The position numbers were made by a program, and so were the translations under genes. Under the pieces are notes generated by a model, which searched no databases, was not told the origin of the DNA, and saw only the letters and a program-made list of their open reading frames with translations. Below, in pieces: positions 1-11,061 of a stretch of DNA of 64,000 bases. How positions within the stretch are numbered: the first letter of the stretch is position 1; each line of letters starts with the position of its first letter. The DNA is taken from NCBI GenBank assembly GCA_964389595.1, contig CAYMEL010000002.1:20278-84277 (forward strand), read 5' to 3'. This DNA is from an uncultured Chlorobium sp. Lineage in GTDB: Bacteria > Bacteroidota > Chlorobiia > Chlorobiales > Chlorobiaceae.

Positions 1-279
1 CCGAGACTTTGCGTGTACAGAAGTTTGTCGCAGATTTATGCACAGTTGGTCGATGATGGGAATGGTTCCACTCTTCTGGCTGTTTCCAGCATGTCAAAAG
101 CAAACAAGGAGCAGAAAGGTTCTAAAACCGAAATCAGCCGTGCTGTCGGGAAGCAGATAGGTGAAAAAGCTGTTGAAAAGGGGATAACCAAAGTGGTGTT
201 CGACCGAAACGGGTTCAGGTATCACGGCAGAGTACAGGCTCTTGCGGAAGGTGCCAGAGAAGCCGGACTGGTCTTTTAA
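1..279 (+). CDS. rplR: 50S ribosomal protein L18 (5'-truncated by window edge)
   Basis: Open frame from base 1 (PRLCVYRSL...[28 protein letters not shown]); position in spc operon. Confidence 0.97.
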   Translation, partial: PRLCVYRSLSQIYAQLVDDGNGSTLLAVSSMSKANKEQKGSKTEISRAVGKQIGEKAVEKGITKVVFDRNGFRYHGRVQALAEGAREAGLVF

Positions 280-300
280 AACAATACAAAGAAAGTGTTC

Positions 301-819
301 ATGTCGAAGAAAACTGCGAAAAATATCAGACCTGGTGAGTTAAACCTGAAAGAGAAGCTCGTTCATATCAACAGAACCGCTAAAGTAGTCAAAGGTGGTA
401 AGAGGTTCGGATTCAATGCTATCGTTGTTGTCGGTGACAAGGAAGGACATGTCGGTTACGGACTCGGCAAAGCAAATGAGGTTCAGGATGCGATTGCCAA
501 GGGTGTAGAGGACGGTAAAAAGAACGTTATCAAGGTTCCGATTGTCAAAGGCACTATTCCGCATCAGATCGTAGCGAAGTACGGTTCAGCGAAGGTGATG
601 ATGAAACCGGCGACACCGGGAACAGGTTTGATCGCAGGCGGTGCTGTTCGCGCCGTGCTCGAAATGGCAGGTGTACATGATATTCTGGCCAAGTCGCTGG
701 GATCGTCCAATCCGCATAATGTGGTAAAAGCTGCGATCAGGGGTCTTGAGAGTATTTCCGATGCCTATGATGTCGCTGAAAGACGTTCAAAAAGTTTGAA
801 AGAGGTTTTTGAAAGCTAA
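301..819 (+). CDS. rpsE: 30S ribosomal protein S5
   Basis: [31 protein letters not shown] motif; ATG at 301. Confidence 0.98.
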   Translation: MSKKTAKNIRPGELNLKEKLVHINRTAKVVKGGKRFGFNAIVVVGDKEGHVGYGLGKANEVQDAIAKGVEDGKKNVIKVPIVKGTIPHQIVAKYGSAKVMMKPATPGTGLIAGGAVRAVLEMAGVHDILAKSLGSSNPHNVVKAAIRGLESISDAYDVAERRSKSLKEVFES

Positions 820-835
820 AAAGAGCGTGTGAATA

Positions 836-1021
836 ATGAGTGAGAAAAAGATAACCATCACCCAGGTACGCAGCGTTATAGGTTGCACGAAAAAACAGAA
901 GGCAACCATCAAGGCGCTGGGACTTGGTAGACCGAACTATACAGTTGAAAAGCCCGATAATCCCTGCACAAGAGGCCAGGTAAGGGTCGTTCAGCATTTG
1001 GTGAAAGTCGAAGAGCAGTAA
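836..1021 (+). CDS. rpmD: 50S ribosomal protein L30
   Basis: KITITQVRSVIG...IKALGL...VQHLVKVE; between rpsE and rplO. Confidence 0.96.
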   Translation: MSEKKITITQVRSVIGCTKKQKATIKALGLGRPNYTVEKPDNPCTRGQVRVVQHLVKVEEQ

Positions 1022-1056
1022 GAGTTTCAATAATTGCAAGTCAGGGATTGAAGAAA

Positions 1057-1596
1057 ATGGATTTAAGTTCACTACGTCCGGCAAAAGGCGCGGTAAAGAA
1101 CAGGAAACGAATTGGCCGGGGCCCGGGATCGGGGAACGGAACAACTGCAGGGAAGGGTAACAAAGGACAGCAGTCGAGAAGCGGTTATTCACGTCCAATA
1201 TCCGAGGGCGGTCAGATGCCAATCTACAGAAGATTGCCGAAGTTCGGGTTTACCAAGCCAAACAGAAAAAACGTTATATCGGTAAATCTGTCGCAAATCG
1301 CGACCTGGATTGAAAATAAAAAAGCGTCACCCGAAAAGATCACCATTGAAGATCTGAAAAAGCTTTGCAGTGCAAGCCGTTCCGATTATTTCAAGATTCT
1401 CGGGAACGGGGAGCTGAAATCACCGGTACAAATAACAGCGCATTTTGTCAGCAAGGCCGCAGAAGAAAAGATCCGGAAGGCAGGTGGGACCATTACTCTG
1501 GCTTCGCGTACACTTCTCGAAGCTGAAAGACTCAAGGATCTTCCGCTTGATGAGGCGCTCTTGAAGCCTAAGGCTCGTGTGAAAAAGACAAAATAA
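1057..1596 (+). CDS. rplO: 50S ribosomal protein L15
   Basis: RIGRGPGSGNGTTAGKGNKGQQSR, EGGQMPIYRRLPKFGF; ATG at 1057; ~30-aa C-terminal extension. Confidence 0.97.
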   Translation: MDLSSLRPAKGAVKNRKRIGRGPGSGNGTTAGKGNKGQQSRSGYSRPISEGGQMPIYRRLPKFGFTKPNRKNVISVNLSQIATWIENKKASPEKITIEDLKKLCSASRSDYFKILGNGELKSPVQITAHFVSKAAEEKIRKAGGTITLASRTLLEAERLKDLPLDEALLKPKARVKKTK

Positions 1597-1626
1597 TAAA
1601 AGTCCTGAAACGCTCATTGATCACTT

Positions 1627-2952
1627 ATGAAGCTGACTGAGAGCCTCCAGAATATCAATAAAATACCTGAATTGCGGCAGCGGATTCTCTATACGCTGCT
1701 GCTCTTGTTTATTTACAGAATCGGTTCCCATATAACGCTGCCAGGTGTCGATGCATCGGTTATATCGGGCGCATCACAATCTCATGCCAGCGACCTGTTC
1801 GGCCTGTTTGATCTTTTTGTCGGTGGTGCGTTTGCCAGAGCATCGATATTCTCGCTGGGAATCATGCCGTATATTTCTGCGGCAATTATCGTTCAGCTGC
1901 TTGGCGCAGTGACGCCGTATTTCCAGAAACTTCAGAAAGAAGGGGAAGAGGGTCGGCAGAAGATAAACCAGTATACGCGCTACGGTACATTGGTGATTGC
2001 CTCGCTGCAGGCGTGGGGTGTCAGTGTCAGTCTTGCAAGCCCGGCTTCATTCGGACGGGTTGTCGTTCCGGATCCTGGCATTTTCTTCATGTTCTCCACG
2101 GTTTTAATTCTCACGGCAAGTACGCTCTTTATCATGTGGCTGGGGGAAAAAATTACAGAGAGCGGCATAGGCAATGGTATATCACTGATCATTATGATCG
2201 GTATTCTCGCGGCTTTTCCACAGTCGCTTATTGCAGAAATACAGTCTGTATCGCTCGGGAGCAAGAACTGGATAGTAGAAACCGTCATCCTTGCGCTGAT
2301 GGTGGTGATTGTTGCGGCTGTTGTCGTGCTGACTGTCGGTACGCGGCGCATTCCCGTGCAGCATGCCAAAAGGGTAGTCGGCCGTAAAATGTATGGAGGT
2401 GGAACCCAGTACATTCCGATGAGAGTCAATACCGCAGGGGTTATGCCGATTATTTTCGCGCAGTCTATCATGTTCCTTCCAAGCACGTTTGTTTCTTTCT
2501 TCCCCGAAAGCGAGGTGATGCAGAATGTTGCCAATGTCTTTGCTTATGATTCATGGTGGTATGCTATCATGTTCGGCTCTATGATTGTCTTTTTTACCTA
2601 TTTCTATACTGCAATAGCGTTCAATCCGAAAGAGGTCGCGGACACTATGCGCAGACAGGGTGGTTTTATACCGGGAGTCCGCCCGGGAAAAAGCACGGCT
2701 GATTTTATAGACAATATTTTAACGAGGATAACACTTCCCGGTGCCATATCTCTGGCATTCATCGCTGTTCTCCCGACCTTTCTGACGAAGTTTGCCAACG
2801 TTACTCCGGGCTTTGCACAGTTTTTCGGCGGTACAAGCCTTCTTATTATTGTTGGTGTCGGGCTTGATACGCTCCAGCAGATTGAGAGTCATTTGCTGAT
2901 GCGCCATTATGACGGTTTTATGAAATCGGGCAAAGTGCGCGGGCGAAGGTAG
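1627..2952 (+). CDS. secY: preprotein translocase subunit SecY
   Basis: Multi-TM protein; SIFSLGIMPYISA, GIGNGISLII, FGGTSLLIIVGV motifs. Confidence 0.98.
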   Translation: MKLTESLQNINKIPELRQRILYTLLLLFIYRIGSHITLPGVDASVISGASQSHASDLFGLFDLFVGGAFARASIFSLGIMPYISAAIIVQLLGAVTPYFQKLQKEGEEGRQKINQYTRYGTLVIASLQAWGVSVSLASPASFGRVVVPDPGIFFMFSTVLILTASTLFIMWLGEKITESGIGNGISLIIMIGILAAFPQSLIAEIQSVSLGSKNWIVETVILALMVVIVAAVVVLTVGTRRIPVQHAKRVVGRKMYGGGTQYIPMRVNTAGVMPIIFAQSIMFLPSTFVSFFPESEVMQNVANVFAYDSWWYAIMFGSMIVFFTYFYTAIAFNPKEVADTMRRQGGFIPGVRPGKSTADFIDNILTRITLPGAISLAFIAVLPTFLTKFANVTPGFAQFFGGTSLLIIVGVGLDTLQQIESHLLMRHYDGFMKSGKVRGRR

Positions 2953-2972
2953 CGCTCCTGCTGAATGAATCT

Positions 2973-3749
2973 ATGATCACGATAAAGAGCCAAAGGGAAA
3001 TCGATTTGATGAGGGCATCGGGAGCCATTGTCGCTCAGGTTCTCGACATGATTGAGCATGAGATACAAGAGGGAATGAATACCCTCGAACTGGACCGTAT
3101 GGCAGAAAGCTATATACGCGATCATGGTGGTATCCCGAGTTTTCTCAATTACGCGCCCAAGGGTGATCCGAATGTAACCCCTTATCCGGCGACGCTCTGT
3201 GTTTCCATAAACGAAGAAGTTGTACACGGGGTTCCGAGCGAGAAAAAGGTGATCCGCGAAGGAGATATTGTTTCTGTGGATTGCGGTGTCTTTAAAGGCG
3301 GGTATCACGGAGACGCTGCACGGACCTATATGATCGGTGAGGTTGATGCGAAAGTTCAGGAACTGGTCGAGGTTACCAGAGAGTGCCTTGACAGAGGGAT
3401 TGCAAACGCGATTGCCGGAAACCGGCTGCATGATATATCGGCTGCTGTCGAGGAGCATGCACGTTCCTTCGGGTTCAGTGTTATTGAAAACATGGTTGGT
3501 CACGGTATCGGCAGCGAACTGCACGAGGAGCCGCCTGTTCCGAATTACGGAAGGAGAAAAACCGGCATCAGGCTGAGAGAGGGAATGGCTCTTGCTATCG
3601 AGCCGATGATCGCAATGGGACGTTCGAGAAACGCTGTATCCCGAAATAATAACTGGGTGGCGGTGACCGAGGATGGTAAACCGTCGGCACATTTTGAGCA
3701 TACGATAGTTGTGAGAAAGGAAAAGGCCGAAATCATGACGCTCTCTTAA
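2973..3749 (+). CDS. map: methionine aminopeptidase type I
   Basis: SINEEVVHGVP, GHGIG..HEEP, AIEPMI, SAHFEHT metal-ligand motifs. Confidence 0.97.
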   Translation: MITIKSQREIDLMRASGAIVAQVLDMIEHEIQEGMNTLELDRMAESYIRDHGGIPSFLNYAPKGDPNVTPYPATLCVSINEEVVHGVPSEKKVIREGDIVSVDCGVFKGGYHGDAARTYMIGEVDAKVQELVEVTRECLDRGIANAIAGNRLHDISAAVEEHARSFGFSVIENMVGHGIGSELHEEPPVPNYGRRKTGIRLREGMALAIEPMIAMGRSRNAVSRNNNWVAVTEDGKPSAHFEHTIVVRKEKAEIMTLS

Positions 3750-3801
3750 CGCAAGTCGGGATCTGTTGTGATTCTGAACTGAAAAAAAGGAGTTTATACC
3801 A

Positions 3802-4020
3802 TTGGCAAAAGAAGATTCGATTGAGGTTGAAGGTGAAATTCTCGAAGCGCTGCCTAACGCTCAATTCAAGGTGAAGCTCGAGAATGGCCTGGAGATACTG
3901 GCTCATGTATCCGGGAAAATCAGAATGCACTATATCAGGATTCTCCCCGGTGATAAGGTGAAGGTTCAGATTTCTCCCTATGACCTTTCGAAAGGAAGAA
4001 TAACATACAGGTACAAGTAG
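3802..4020 (+). CDS. infA: translation initiation factor IF-1
   Basis: [22 protein letters not shown]; TTG start after AGGAG. Confidence 0.98.
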   Translation: MAKEDSIEVEGEILEALPNAQFKVKLENGLEILAHVSGKIRMHYIRILPGDKVKVQISPYDLSKGRITYRYK

Positions 4021-4057
4021 GACGGGAATACAGTGAGTTTTTAAATCCGGTCTGTTG

Positions 4058-4087
4058 TTGATTATTTTATTGAAATTTTGTTATATT
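4058..4087 (+). promoter_or_regulatory. candidate sigma70 promoter of rpmJ-alpha operon
   Basis: TTGATT (4058-63), 18-nt spacer, TG-n-TATATT (4079-87) in an AT-rich gap upstream of rpmJ. Confidence 0.45.
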
Positions 4088-4138
4088 GTAGGCCTTTTCT
4101 GTTTTGATGGCCGATAATATTCATAGTAGGGGTTAACC

Positions 4139-4255
4139 ATGAAAGTGTATTCATCTATTAAAAAACGTTGCGAGCACTGCCGCATTATCAGACGCAGGGG
4201 AAAAAGGTTTGTGATCTGCAAAGTGAACCCGAGTCATAAACAGCGTCAGGGTTGA
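4139..4255 (+). CDS. rpmJ: 50S ribosomal protein L36 (Zn-ribbon type; absent from ORF track)
   Basis: Hand translation [38 protein letters not shown]; between infA and rpsM. Confidence 0.97.
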   Translation: MKVYSSIKKRCEHCRIIRRRGKRFVICKVNPSHKQRQG

Positions 4256-4292
4256 TAAGGCGAAACAAGAATAACGAATTACAAAGAAAACT

Positions 4293-4670
4293 ATGAGGAT
4301 TGCTGGGGTAAATTTGCCGCTAAACAAGCATGCTGTGATTGCCTTGACACATATTTACGGCATCGGAAGAACATCGGCTAAAAATATACTTGAACGGGCA
4401 GGCATCGATCCCGCCAGAAAAGTTTCCGAGCTGAACGATGACGAGGCTCATACCATCAGGGAAATTATTGCCGAGGATTATATCGTTGAAGGTCAGGCAA
4501 GAGGTGAACAGCAGTTATCTCTGAAGCGTTTGATGGATATCGGCTGTTACAGGGGACTTCGCCACAGACGCTCGCTGCCGGTAAGAGGTCAGCGTACACA
4601 GACAAACGCGAGAACCCGGAAAGGAAGACGTAAAACTGTCGCAGGCAAGAAGAAGGCGGTCAAGAAGTAA
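4293..4670 (+). CDS. rpsM: 30S ribosomal protein S13
   Basis: [31 protein letters not shown]. Confidence 0.98.
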   Translation: MRIAGVNLPLNKHAVIALTHIYGIGRTSAKNILERAGIDPARKVSELNDDEAHTIREIIAEDYIVEGQARGEQQLSLKRLMDIGCYRGLRHRRSLPVRGQRTQTNARTRKGRRKTVAGKKKAVKK

Positions 4671-4719
4671 AAGTCAGTAGTTGACGAGCTAACACAGATA
4701 CCAAAGATTGTAAAGATAC

Positions 4720-5103
4720 ATGGCTACAACAAGCAGGAAAAAAAAGAAGGTAAAAGTTACTCCTGAAGGTACGGTGCATATCAAAGCGTCGTTCAATAAT
4801 GTCTTGGTAACCATAACCGATATGCAGGGAAACACGGTTTCCTGGTCAAGCGCCGGAAAAAACGGCTTCAAGGGTTCAAAGAAAAATACTCCATATGCAT
4901 CACAGGTGACGTCGGAAGCGGCGGCAAAAGAAGCCTACGACCTTGGTATGCGCTATGTGCATGTACTTATTAAAGGTCCCGGTTCAGGAAGGGATGCAGC
5001 AATCAGGGCTCTTCAGGGGGCAGGACTGGAAGTGCGTTCGATCAAGGACATAACGCCGTTGCCGCATAATGGCTGCAGGCCGCCAAAGCGCAGAAGGGTC
5101 TGA
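4720..5103 (+). CDS. rpsK: 30S ribosomal protein S11
   Basis: [33 protein letters not shown]. Confidence 0.98.
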   Translation: MATTSRKKKKVKVTPEGTVHIKASFNNVLVTITDMQGNTVSWSSAGKNGFKGSKKNTPYASQVTSEAAAKEAYDLGMRYVHVLIKGPGSGRDAAIRALQGAGLEVRSIKDITPLPHNGCRPPKRRRV

Positions 5104-5147
5104 TCACCATTTTTCCAACAAGAATATTTCAATGAGTTTAATTTGCT

Positions 5148-5759
5148 ATGGCAAGATTCAGAGGTTCGATCACGAAAGTATCAAGAAGATTAGGGGTTGC
5201 TCTTTCGCCTAAAGCTGAAAAATATCTTGAACGGCGTCCATATGCACCGGGTGAGCACGGGCAGTCGAGAAGAGGCAAGGTTTCGGAATATGCTCTCCAG
5301 CTTCGCGAAAAACAGAAAATGAAGTATCTCTACGGCGTGCTCGAAAAGCAGTTCCGTAACTATTACAAAAAAGCGGTGTCCCAGCGTGGTGTTACCGGTG
5401 ATAACCTGGTGAAGCTTCTCGAACGACGTCTTGACAATGTTGTTTTCAGGGCGGGATTCTCTCCTTCGAGAGCCGGCGCGAGACAGCTTGTGACGCATGG
5501 CCATCTTCTGATTAACGGAAAAAAAGTCAATATCCCGTCATATTTGATGAAACCGGGCGATGCAATAGAGTTCAGGCAGAAAAGCCGGAACATGGATGCT
5601 GTTGCAGACTCGCTCAATAAAGCTCCGGAATCACGCATACCTTCATGGATCCAGGTCGACAAGGCGCATAAGAAAGCGGTATTTCTGACTGTACCTGAGC
5701 GGGAAGAAGTACAGGAGCCGTTTAATGAACAGCTTGTTGTTGAGTTGTACTCCAAGTGA
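5148..5759 (+). CDS. rpsD: 30S ribosomal protein S4
   Basis: [33 protein letters not shown]. Confidence 0.98.
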   Translation: MARFRGSITKVSRRLGVALSPKAEKYLERRPYAPGEHGQSRRGKVSEYALQLREKQKMKYLYGVLEKQFRNYYKKAVSQRGVTGDNLVKLLERRLDNVVFRAGFSPSRAGARQLVTHGHLLINGKKVNIPSYLMKPGDAIEFRQKSRNMDAVADSLNKAPESRIPSWIQVDKAHKKAVFLTVPEREEVQEPFNEQLVVELYSK

Positions 5760-5788
5760 TTTTAATGAAACTATAAGGTATAAAGACC

Positions 5789-6775
5789 ATGATATACCAA
5801 ATGCAGATGCCGGAGAAAATCGATGTCGACGAAGGGACGCATAATGACAGAAACGGCACCTTTACAGCCCAGCCTCTCGAGAGAGGGTATGGTGTTACGC
5901 TTGGCAATGCAATGCGCAGGGTTCTCCTTGCATCTCTGCCCGGAGCGGCTATTACCGGGGTTAAGATTGACGGCGTCTTCCATGAATTCTCAGCAATCGA
6001 CGGGGTACGTGAAGATGTTCCCGAAATCATACTGAACCTTAAAAAGGTTCGTTTCAAATCATCCAATAAAAGAAGCTGCAAAACATCACTGACCATAGAG
6101 GGACCTGCTGATGTAACCGCCGCTGATATTGTTGCTCACGAAGGTGAGTTCGAGGTGCTGAACAAGGATCTCCATCTTGCGACGGTGAACGAGGGTGCGA
6201 AACTCAGTATGGACGTTTATATCGGCCGTGGCAGAGGATATGTGCCGGCAGAAGAGAATCGAGGTGAAGGTATGCCGATCGGGTTTATAGCGCTCGACGC
6301 GATCTTTACTCCGATCAAGAACGTCAAGTTTTCAGTTGAGAATACCAGGGTTGGCCAGAGAACCGATTACGAGAAAATGATTCTCGATGTCGAGACCGAC
6401 GGTTCAATTTCGCCTGACGATTCAATCAGTCTTGCAGGAAAGATTATCAACGATCATGTTGCGCTCTTTGCCAATTTCTCTCCGACCGAAGAGGAGTTTA
6501 CCGAGGAAGAGTACAAGCAGCAGGATGACGAGTTCGAGAACATGCGCAAGCTCCTGCAAACCCGAATCGAGGACCTTGATTTGTCCGTTCGCTCTCATAA
6601 CTGTTTGAGGCTTGCCGAAATCGAAACGCTCGGCGATCTGGTTTCCCGAAAAGAAGAAGAACTGCTCACTTACAAGAACTTCGGTAAAAAGTCCCTGACG
6701 GAACTGAGGGAGCAACTGGAAAAATTTGACCTGAAATTTGGTATGGATATAACCAAATATCAGATGAAAGGATAA
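5789..6775 (+). CDS. rpoA: RNA polymerase subunit alpha
   Basis: [19 protein letters not shown]; alpha-[12 protein letters not shown]...NFGKKSL. Confidence 0.98.
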   Translation: MIYQMQMPEKIDVDEGTHNDRNGTFTAQPLERGYGVTLGNAMRRVLLASLPGAAITGVKIDGVFHEFSAIDGVREDVPEIILNLKKVRFKSSNKRSCKTSLTIEGPADVTAADIVAHEGEFEVLNKDLHLATVNEGAKLSMDVYIGRGRGYVPAEENRGEGMPIGFIALDAIFTPIKNVKFSVENTRVGQRTDYEKMILDVETDGSISPDDSISLAGKIINDHVALFANFSPTEEEFTEEEYKQQDDEFENMRKLLQTRIEDLDLSVRSHNCLRLAEIETLGDLVSRKEEELLTYKNFGKKSLTELREQLEKFDLKFGMDITKYQMKG

Positions 6776-6820
6776 GGACGTAAACAGATTTTATTGAATT
6801 ATTGAGAAAGGCATTTCGTT

Positions 6821-7336
6821 ATGCGTAAAGTTAAGCCGGCAAGAAAACTTGGAAGAACAGCAACCCATAGAAAAGCAACGCTTGCTAATCTATCGACACA
6901 GCTGTTGCTGCATAAACGTATAGAAACCACTGAGGCCAAGGCTAAAGAGGCAAGCAAGTACGTTGAAAAAATTATTACAAAGGCAAAAGACGGTACGGTC
7001 CACGCTCAGCGTATCATCTTCAGGAAAATCCGCGACAAGGCTGCCGTTCGCGAGCTTTTCGAAGATATTGTCGGCAAGGTTGCCGACCGGAACGGCGGCT
7101 ATACAAGAGTCGTCAAGCTCGCGCCTCGTTACGGAGATGCCGCTAAAATGGCTGTACTTGAACTGGTCGATTATACCGAAGCTCCCGCTGACGCTCCGAA
7201 ACAGGCCAAACAGGATCGTTCGAAACGTGTGCGCGGCTCCAAAAAGGCTGTTGTACAACAAGAGGCTGAAACAGCTACTCCTGCAGAAACCGAGAAGGCA
7301 GCTTCTGAAGAAACTGCAGCACCTGAAGAAAAGTAA
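6821..7336 (+). CDS. rplQ: 50S ribosomal protein L17 with low-complexity C-terminal tail
   Basis: [31 protein letters not shown]; A/E/K/P-rich tail. Confidence 0.97.
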   Translation: MRKVKPARKLGRTATHRKATLANLSTQLLLHKRIETTEAKAKEASKYVEKIITKAKDGTVHAQRIIFRKIRDKAAVRELFEDIVGKVADRNGGYTRVVKLAPRYGDAAKMAVLELVDYTEAPADAPKQAKQDRSKRVRGSKKAVVQQEAETATPAETEKAASEETAAPEEK

Positions 7337-7392
7337 AGTAACGACTGCTTTTCCCTTCCACAGGAAAGGAAAACGACGGGACATCGTCTTTG

Positions 7393-7422
7393 AGCACACT
7401 GGACAGCCAGTGTGCTTTTTTT
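7393..7422 (+). terminator. intrinsic terminator of the alpha operon
   Basis: AGCACACTGG-ACAG-CCAGTGTGCT 10-bp stem followed by a T run. Confidence 0.85.
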
Positions 7423-7477
7423 ATGTCTGAACCGGGCAGTTGCCTGAACGTTCAGTTGAGGTTAGGGGTGTTCGGGC

Positions 7478-8137
7478 TCAGCGGGTTGCGATGACAACAT
7501 ACTTGTGCTCAAAGCAGGGATCGAAACTGTCGATCGGCACAAGTTCGACATCATTGGGAAAACCGTTGTTTTTTTTCGCGCTGTCGAGTGCGGTTTTGAC
7601 CTCTTTTTCAAGATTTCCGCCTTTCAGGCATATGAGCGATCCTGAAGGACGCAAAAGACCTTCGGCATAACTGCACAGTCGTTCAAGCGGTGCGACCTGA
7701 CGGCTGAGGACAGTATCGAAAGCAACCCCCTTGAGCTCTTCCGCCCGTACTTTTTTTGCATGTGCATTGTTCAGTCCGATGGCCGCTATCATTTCCTGAC
7801 AAGCCTTGATTTTCTTGCCGGTTGCATCTATGAGTAAAAAAGGGGTTTCAGGAAACGCAATTGCGAGAGGAATGCCGGGCAGGCCTCCTCCTGTTCCGAT
7901 ATCAAGCACTTTTTCGCCTGCCTTGAAAGGGTGGATCAGGCCGATGAGGAGCGAGTGGAAAATATGCCGGATCAAAAGAGGCGCCTGTTCCTTCCGGCTG
8001 ACGAGATTAAGCGTCCTGTTCAGGGATTCAAGAAGCTCGGCATACTGCTCGAGCCGGGCAAGCTGCGTTTCATTCAGCAGAAGTCCCTTTTCGGCACTAA
8101 GTTGTTGTATCCTTTCTATATCGGTCACAGACACCAT
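7478..8137 (-). CDS. rsmG: 16S rRNA m7G527 methyltransferase RsmG/GidB
   Basis: LNLVS, RHIFHSL, LDIGTGGGLPGIPLAI, CLKG. Confidence 0.93.
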   Translation of the reverse strand: MVSVTDIERIQQLSAEKGLLLNETQLARLEQYAELLESLNRTLNLVSRKEQAPLLIRHIFHSLLIGLIHPFKAGEKVLDIGTGGGLPGIPLAIAFPETPFLLIDATGKKIKACQEMIAAIGLNNAHAKKVRAEELKGVAFDTVLSRQVAPLERLCSYAEGLLRPSGSLICLKGGNLEKEVKTALDSAKKNNGFPNDVELVPIDSFDPCFEHKYVVIATR

Positions 8138-8253
8138 TACATGACTTCTTGAAGGCAGCAGGTTGCGGTTTTGATCCTCTAAACAATAAATTACTTATAA
8201 TGTATTAATTGTTACGATGAAGGGAGAACGAAATTATAATAACCCCATCCAAG

Positions 8254-9369
8254 ATGCAGCTTCCTGTAGAGCACCTCTACGCAGTTATTATGGCTGGCGG
8301 AACGGGCGGTATGATATTGTGGCCTTATTCGAGAAAGAAAAAGCCCAAGCAGTTTATCGATGTTTTCGACAGCGGAGCAATGGTAGAGTCAACTATCGAT
8401 CTCATCAAGTCTTTGCTGCCACCGGAAAATATCTACGTAGTGACAAACGCAACGGGAGAAGAGATGATGCGCCGTTCGCTGCCGTGGTTTCCGGCCGACA
8501 ATATCCTGGTTGAACCTGTTGCAAGAGATACCGCTCCCTGTATTGCGCTGGCTACCGCATATATCAGTAGAAAAGATCCTGAAGCAGTCATGGTGGCGGT
8601 TCCGGCAGATCTCCTGGTGCTTGACAAACGTTCCTTTGGTGAGATTCTCGGTGCCGGCGTTGCTGTTGCCGAGGACAAAAAAACAATTATAACGATAGGA
8701 ATTACTCCTGACCGTCCCGAGCCGGAGTACGGTTATATCCAGGTTGACAAACTCCGGGCTGCTGAGGACTGCCTGCCGGACAGTACCGTCCCGATGTTCA
8801 CCGTCAGAGCATTTGCGGAAAAACCGGACAGCAGGACAGCGCAGGAGTTTATCGACAGCGGAGACTTTTACTGGAACAGCGGTATTCTCATCTGGCATAT
8901 CGATGTTATCCGCCGGGAGTTTGAGCGTTCCATGCCCGATCTCTCCAAGGATTTACAAAGCATTTACGATGCTATCGGTACGGATCGGGAGCGTTCAGTC
9001 ATAGAGGATGTTTATAGCTGGCTGCATCCGGTGTCGATCGCTTACGGTATTATGGAAAAAGCCGAGTCGGTTTGCATGCTTGCCGGAAATTTCGGATGGA
9101 CAGACCTCGGGAATTGGGACGATGTGTTGAAGATTGACAGAAAAGGAGCTGAGATTCCTGAAGGCGCCCATTTCAATCTCGTGCAGGTGGATTCGTCAAA
9201 CAATTTTGTCAAGAAAGAAGGCAAAAAGGCTGTTGCCATCGTGGGGCTTGAAAATATTATTGTTATCGATACCGAAGACGCTCTTCTGATCTGCAGAAAG
9301 GGGGAGTCGCAGAATGTGCGAAAGGTTGTGGACATTCTGCGTCGTGAAGGCCTCGAGGATTATCTTTGA
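8254..9369 (+). CDS. mannose-1-phosphate guanylyltransferase-like protein (divergent motifs)
   Basis: LWPYSR..KPKQF, EP..RDTAPCI, FAEKP, WNSG, WTDLGNW; signature loop atypical. Confidence 0.8.
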   Translation: MQLPVEHLYAVIMAGGTGGMILWPYSRKKKPKQFIDVFDSGAMVESTIDLIKSLLPPENIYVVTNATGEEMMRRSLPWFPADNILVEPVARDTAPCIALATAYISRKDPEAVMVAVPADLLVLDKRSFGEILGAGVAVAEDKKTIITIGITPDRPEPEYGYIQVDKLRAAEDCLPDSTVPMFTVRAFAEKPDSRTAQEFIDSGDFYWNSGILIWHIDVIRREFERSMPDLSKDLQSIYDAIGTDRERSVIEDVYSWLHPVSIAYGIMEKAESVCMLAGNFGWTDLGNWDDVLKIDRKGAEIPEGAHFNLVQVDSSNNFVKKEGKKAVAIVGLENIIVIDTEDALLICRKGESQNVRKVVDILRREGLEDYL

Positions 9370-10811
9370 GCGATACTCCATTCTGTGCCATCTTTGGTGT
9401 CTTTTAGAATGATCCCCGAATCCGCCAGCCTGTCACGGATACGGTCACTGAGGGCGAAATCCTTGTTCTGCCGTGCCTGTTTCCGCATGTCGAGCAGAAT
9501 TGAAACGATGTCGCCTATCATCTCCTTCCCCGTTTCCCTGGCGGTGTTATCTTCCCTGTCATCTATTCTGATAATGCCGAGAACGTCATGTCCGCAGGAT
9601 TCAAAGATTCTTCTGCACTCGTTCAAGGAGTTTTCCGAGAGACCTTCTTTGCTGTTCAGCGCAGCATTGACAGCTCTTGCAAGGTCAAAGAGCACTGAAA
9701 TTGCAATCGGTGTATTGAAGTCGTCGTTCATGGCATCGGCAAACCGCTCTTCATATGCCGCAACATCGAGTTCTCCACTGCCTGGAGCAGCATTTCCAAC
9801 GGCGCGCCATGTTTCCTGGAGTTTTTCAAGTCCTGATTGTGACGCGGTAATCGCCGCCTCTGAAAAATCAAGAGGAGAACGGTAATGGGATTGCAGAATG
9901 AAGAACCGGATGACTATCGGCGGAACGCTGTGAAAAAGATCCTTCAGGTTAACCGAGTTTTTCAATGATTTTCCCATTTTCGTGCCGTCAACCGTAACCA
10001 TGTTATTGTGCATCCAGTAGCGGACATACGGCTTTCCTGTCGCTGCTTCCGACTGCGCAATTTCGCATTCATGATGGGGGAATTTGTTTTCCATGCCACC
10101 CCCATGAATATCGATTGTTTCGCCCAGGTATTTCATGGCCATGGCTGAACATTCGGCATGCCAACCCGGATAACCGGTGCTCCATGGTGAATCCCATTTC
10201 ATGATGTGACCGGGTTCCGCTTTTTTCCAAAGCGCAAAATCAGCGGAGTGCTTCTTTTCGCTTCTCGATTCAACCCTGCCTCCCGATTGCTGGGCTTCCT
10301 GATCGGTTCTTCCCGAGAGTTTGCCGTAGCCGGAAAAAGAGGATACCGAGAAATACACGTTACCGTTTACCTCATACGCATGACCCTTTTCTATAAGGGT
10401 TTTAATCAACGCGATCTGTTCCGGAATGTGTCCCGTCGCGGTAGGTGCGATATTCGGTCTCTCGACGCCTAACCGGTCCATGTCTTCGTAGTAACTTCGT
10501 GTATAGTGCTGGGCAATTTCCATGGGGTCGGTTTGTTCGAGGCGCGCCTGCTTGGCGATTTTGTCTTCACCCTCGTCAGCGTCATCTGTCAGATGCCCGA
10601 CATCGGTGATGTTCTGGATGTACTTGACGGCATAGCCGAGATGCCGCAGCCATTTTACAACAACATCGAACGAGACATAACTTTTAGCATGACCCAGATG
10701 GGCGTGCCCGTAAACCGTGGGTCCGCAGACGTAGACCGTGGCAACCCCGGGGTGAAAAGGTTTGAACTCTTCTTTCTTTCGGCTGAGTGAATTGTACAGG
10801 TGCAAGGACAT
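9360..10811 (-). CDS. cysS: cysteine--tRNA ligase
   Basis: YVCGPTVY, HLGH, PGWHAECSAM, DIHGGG..FPHHECE, KMGKS; 10-nt 3' overlap with upstream convergent gene. Confidence 0.97.
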   Translation of the reverse strand: MSLHLYNSLSRKKEEFKPFHPGVATVYVCGPTVYGHAHLGHAKSYVSFDVVVKWLRHLGYAVKYIQNITDVGHLTDDADEGEDKIAKQARLEQTDPMEIAQHYTRSYYEDMDRLGVERPNIAPTATGHIPEQIALIKTLIEKGHAYEVNGNVYFSVSSFSGYGKLSGRTDQEAQQSGGRVESRSEKKHSADFALWKKAEPGHIMKWDSPWSTGYPGWHAECSAMAMKYLGETIDIHGGGMENKFPHHECEIAQSEAATGKPYVRYWMHNNMVTVDGTKMGKSLKNSVNLKDLFHSVPPIVIRFFILQSHYRSPLDFSEAAITASQSGLEKLQETWRAVGNAAPGSGELDVAAYEERFADAMNDDFNTPIAISVLFDLARAVNAALNSKEGLSENSLNECRRIFESCGHDVLGIIRIDDREDNTARETGKEMIGDIVSILLDMRKQARQNKDFALSDRIRDRLADSGIILKDTKDGTEWSIAQR

Positions 10812-11014
10812 GGTTGGTATATATTTCTATACGGTGTCGTTGTGGCTTAGGAACAAGTTAAACATTTGGGTTTTTGGCGCAAGGTGTTTAGCTTCCTCAT
10901 TCAGCTTTTACCCTGTCGAGCAACTTCCAATTGCTGCTCACGGGCCTTTCTTTGACCTAAACTGAGCGTTTCAACAAATGCTCCATAATAGTGAGTTTAT
11001 TAATAATAACAACC

Positions 11015-11023
11015 TGTTATACT
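11015..11023 (+). promoter_or_regulatory. extended -10 element upstream of the structured RNA/engB
   Basis: TG-T-TATACT at 11015-11023. Confidence 0.4.
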
Positions 11024-11061
11024 GTTTTTGTATTGTAAATTATTCCTCACCTTTCAGGCGT

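Noticed and set aside
1057-7336. C-terminal extensions on L15 and L17; no adk between secY and map
   Set aside because: Such extensions and this gene order are ordinary lineage features as far as I know; no sign of frameshift.
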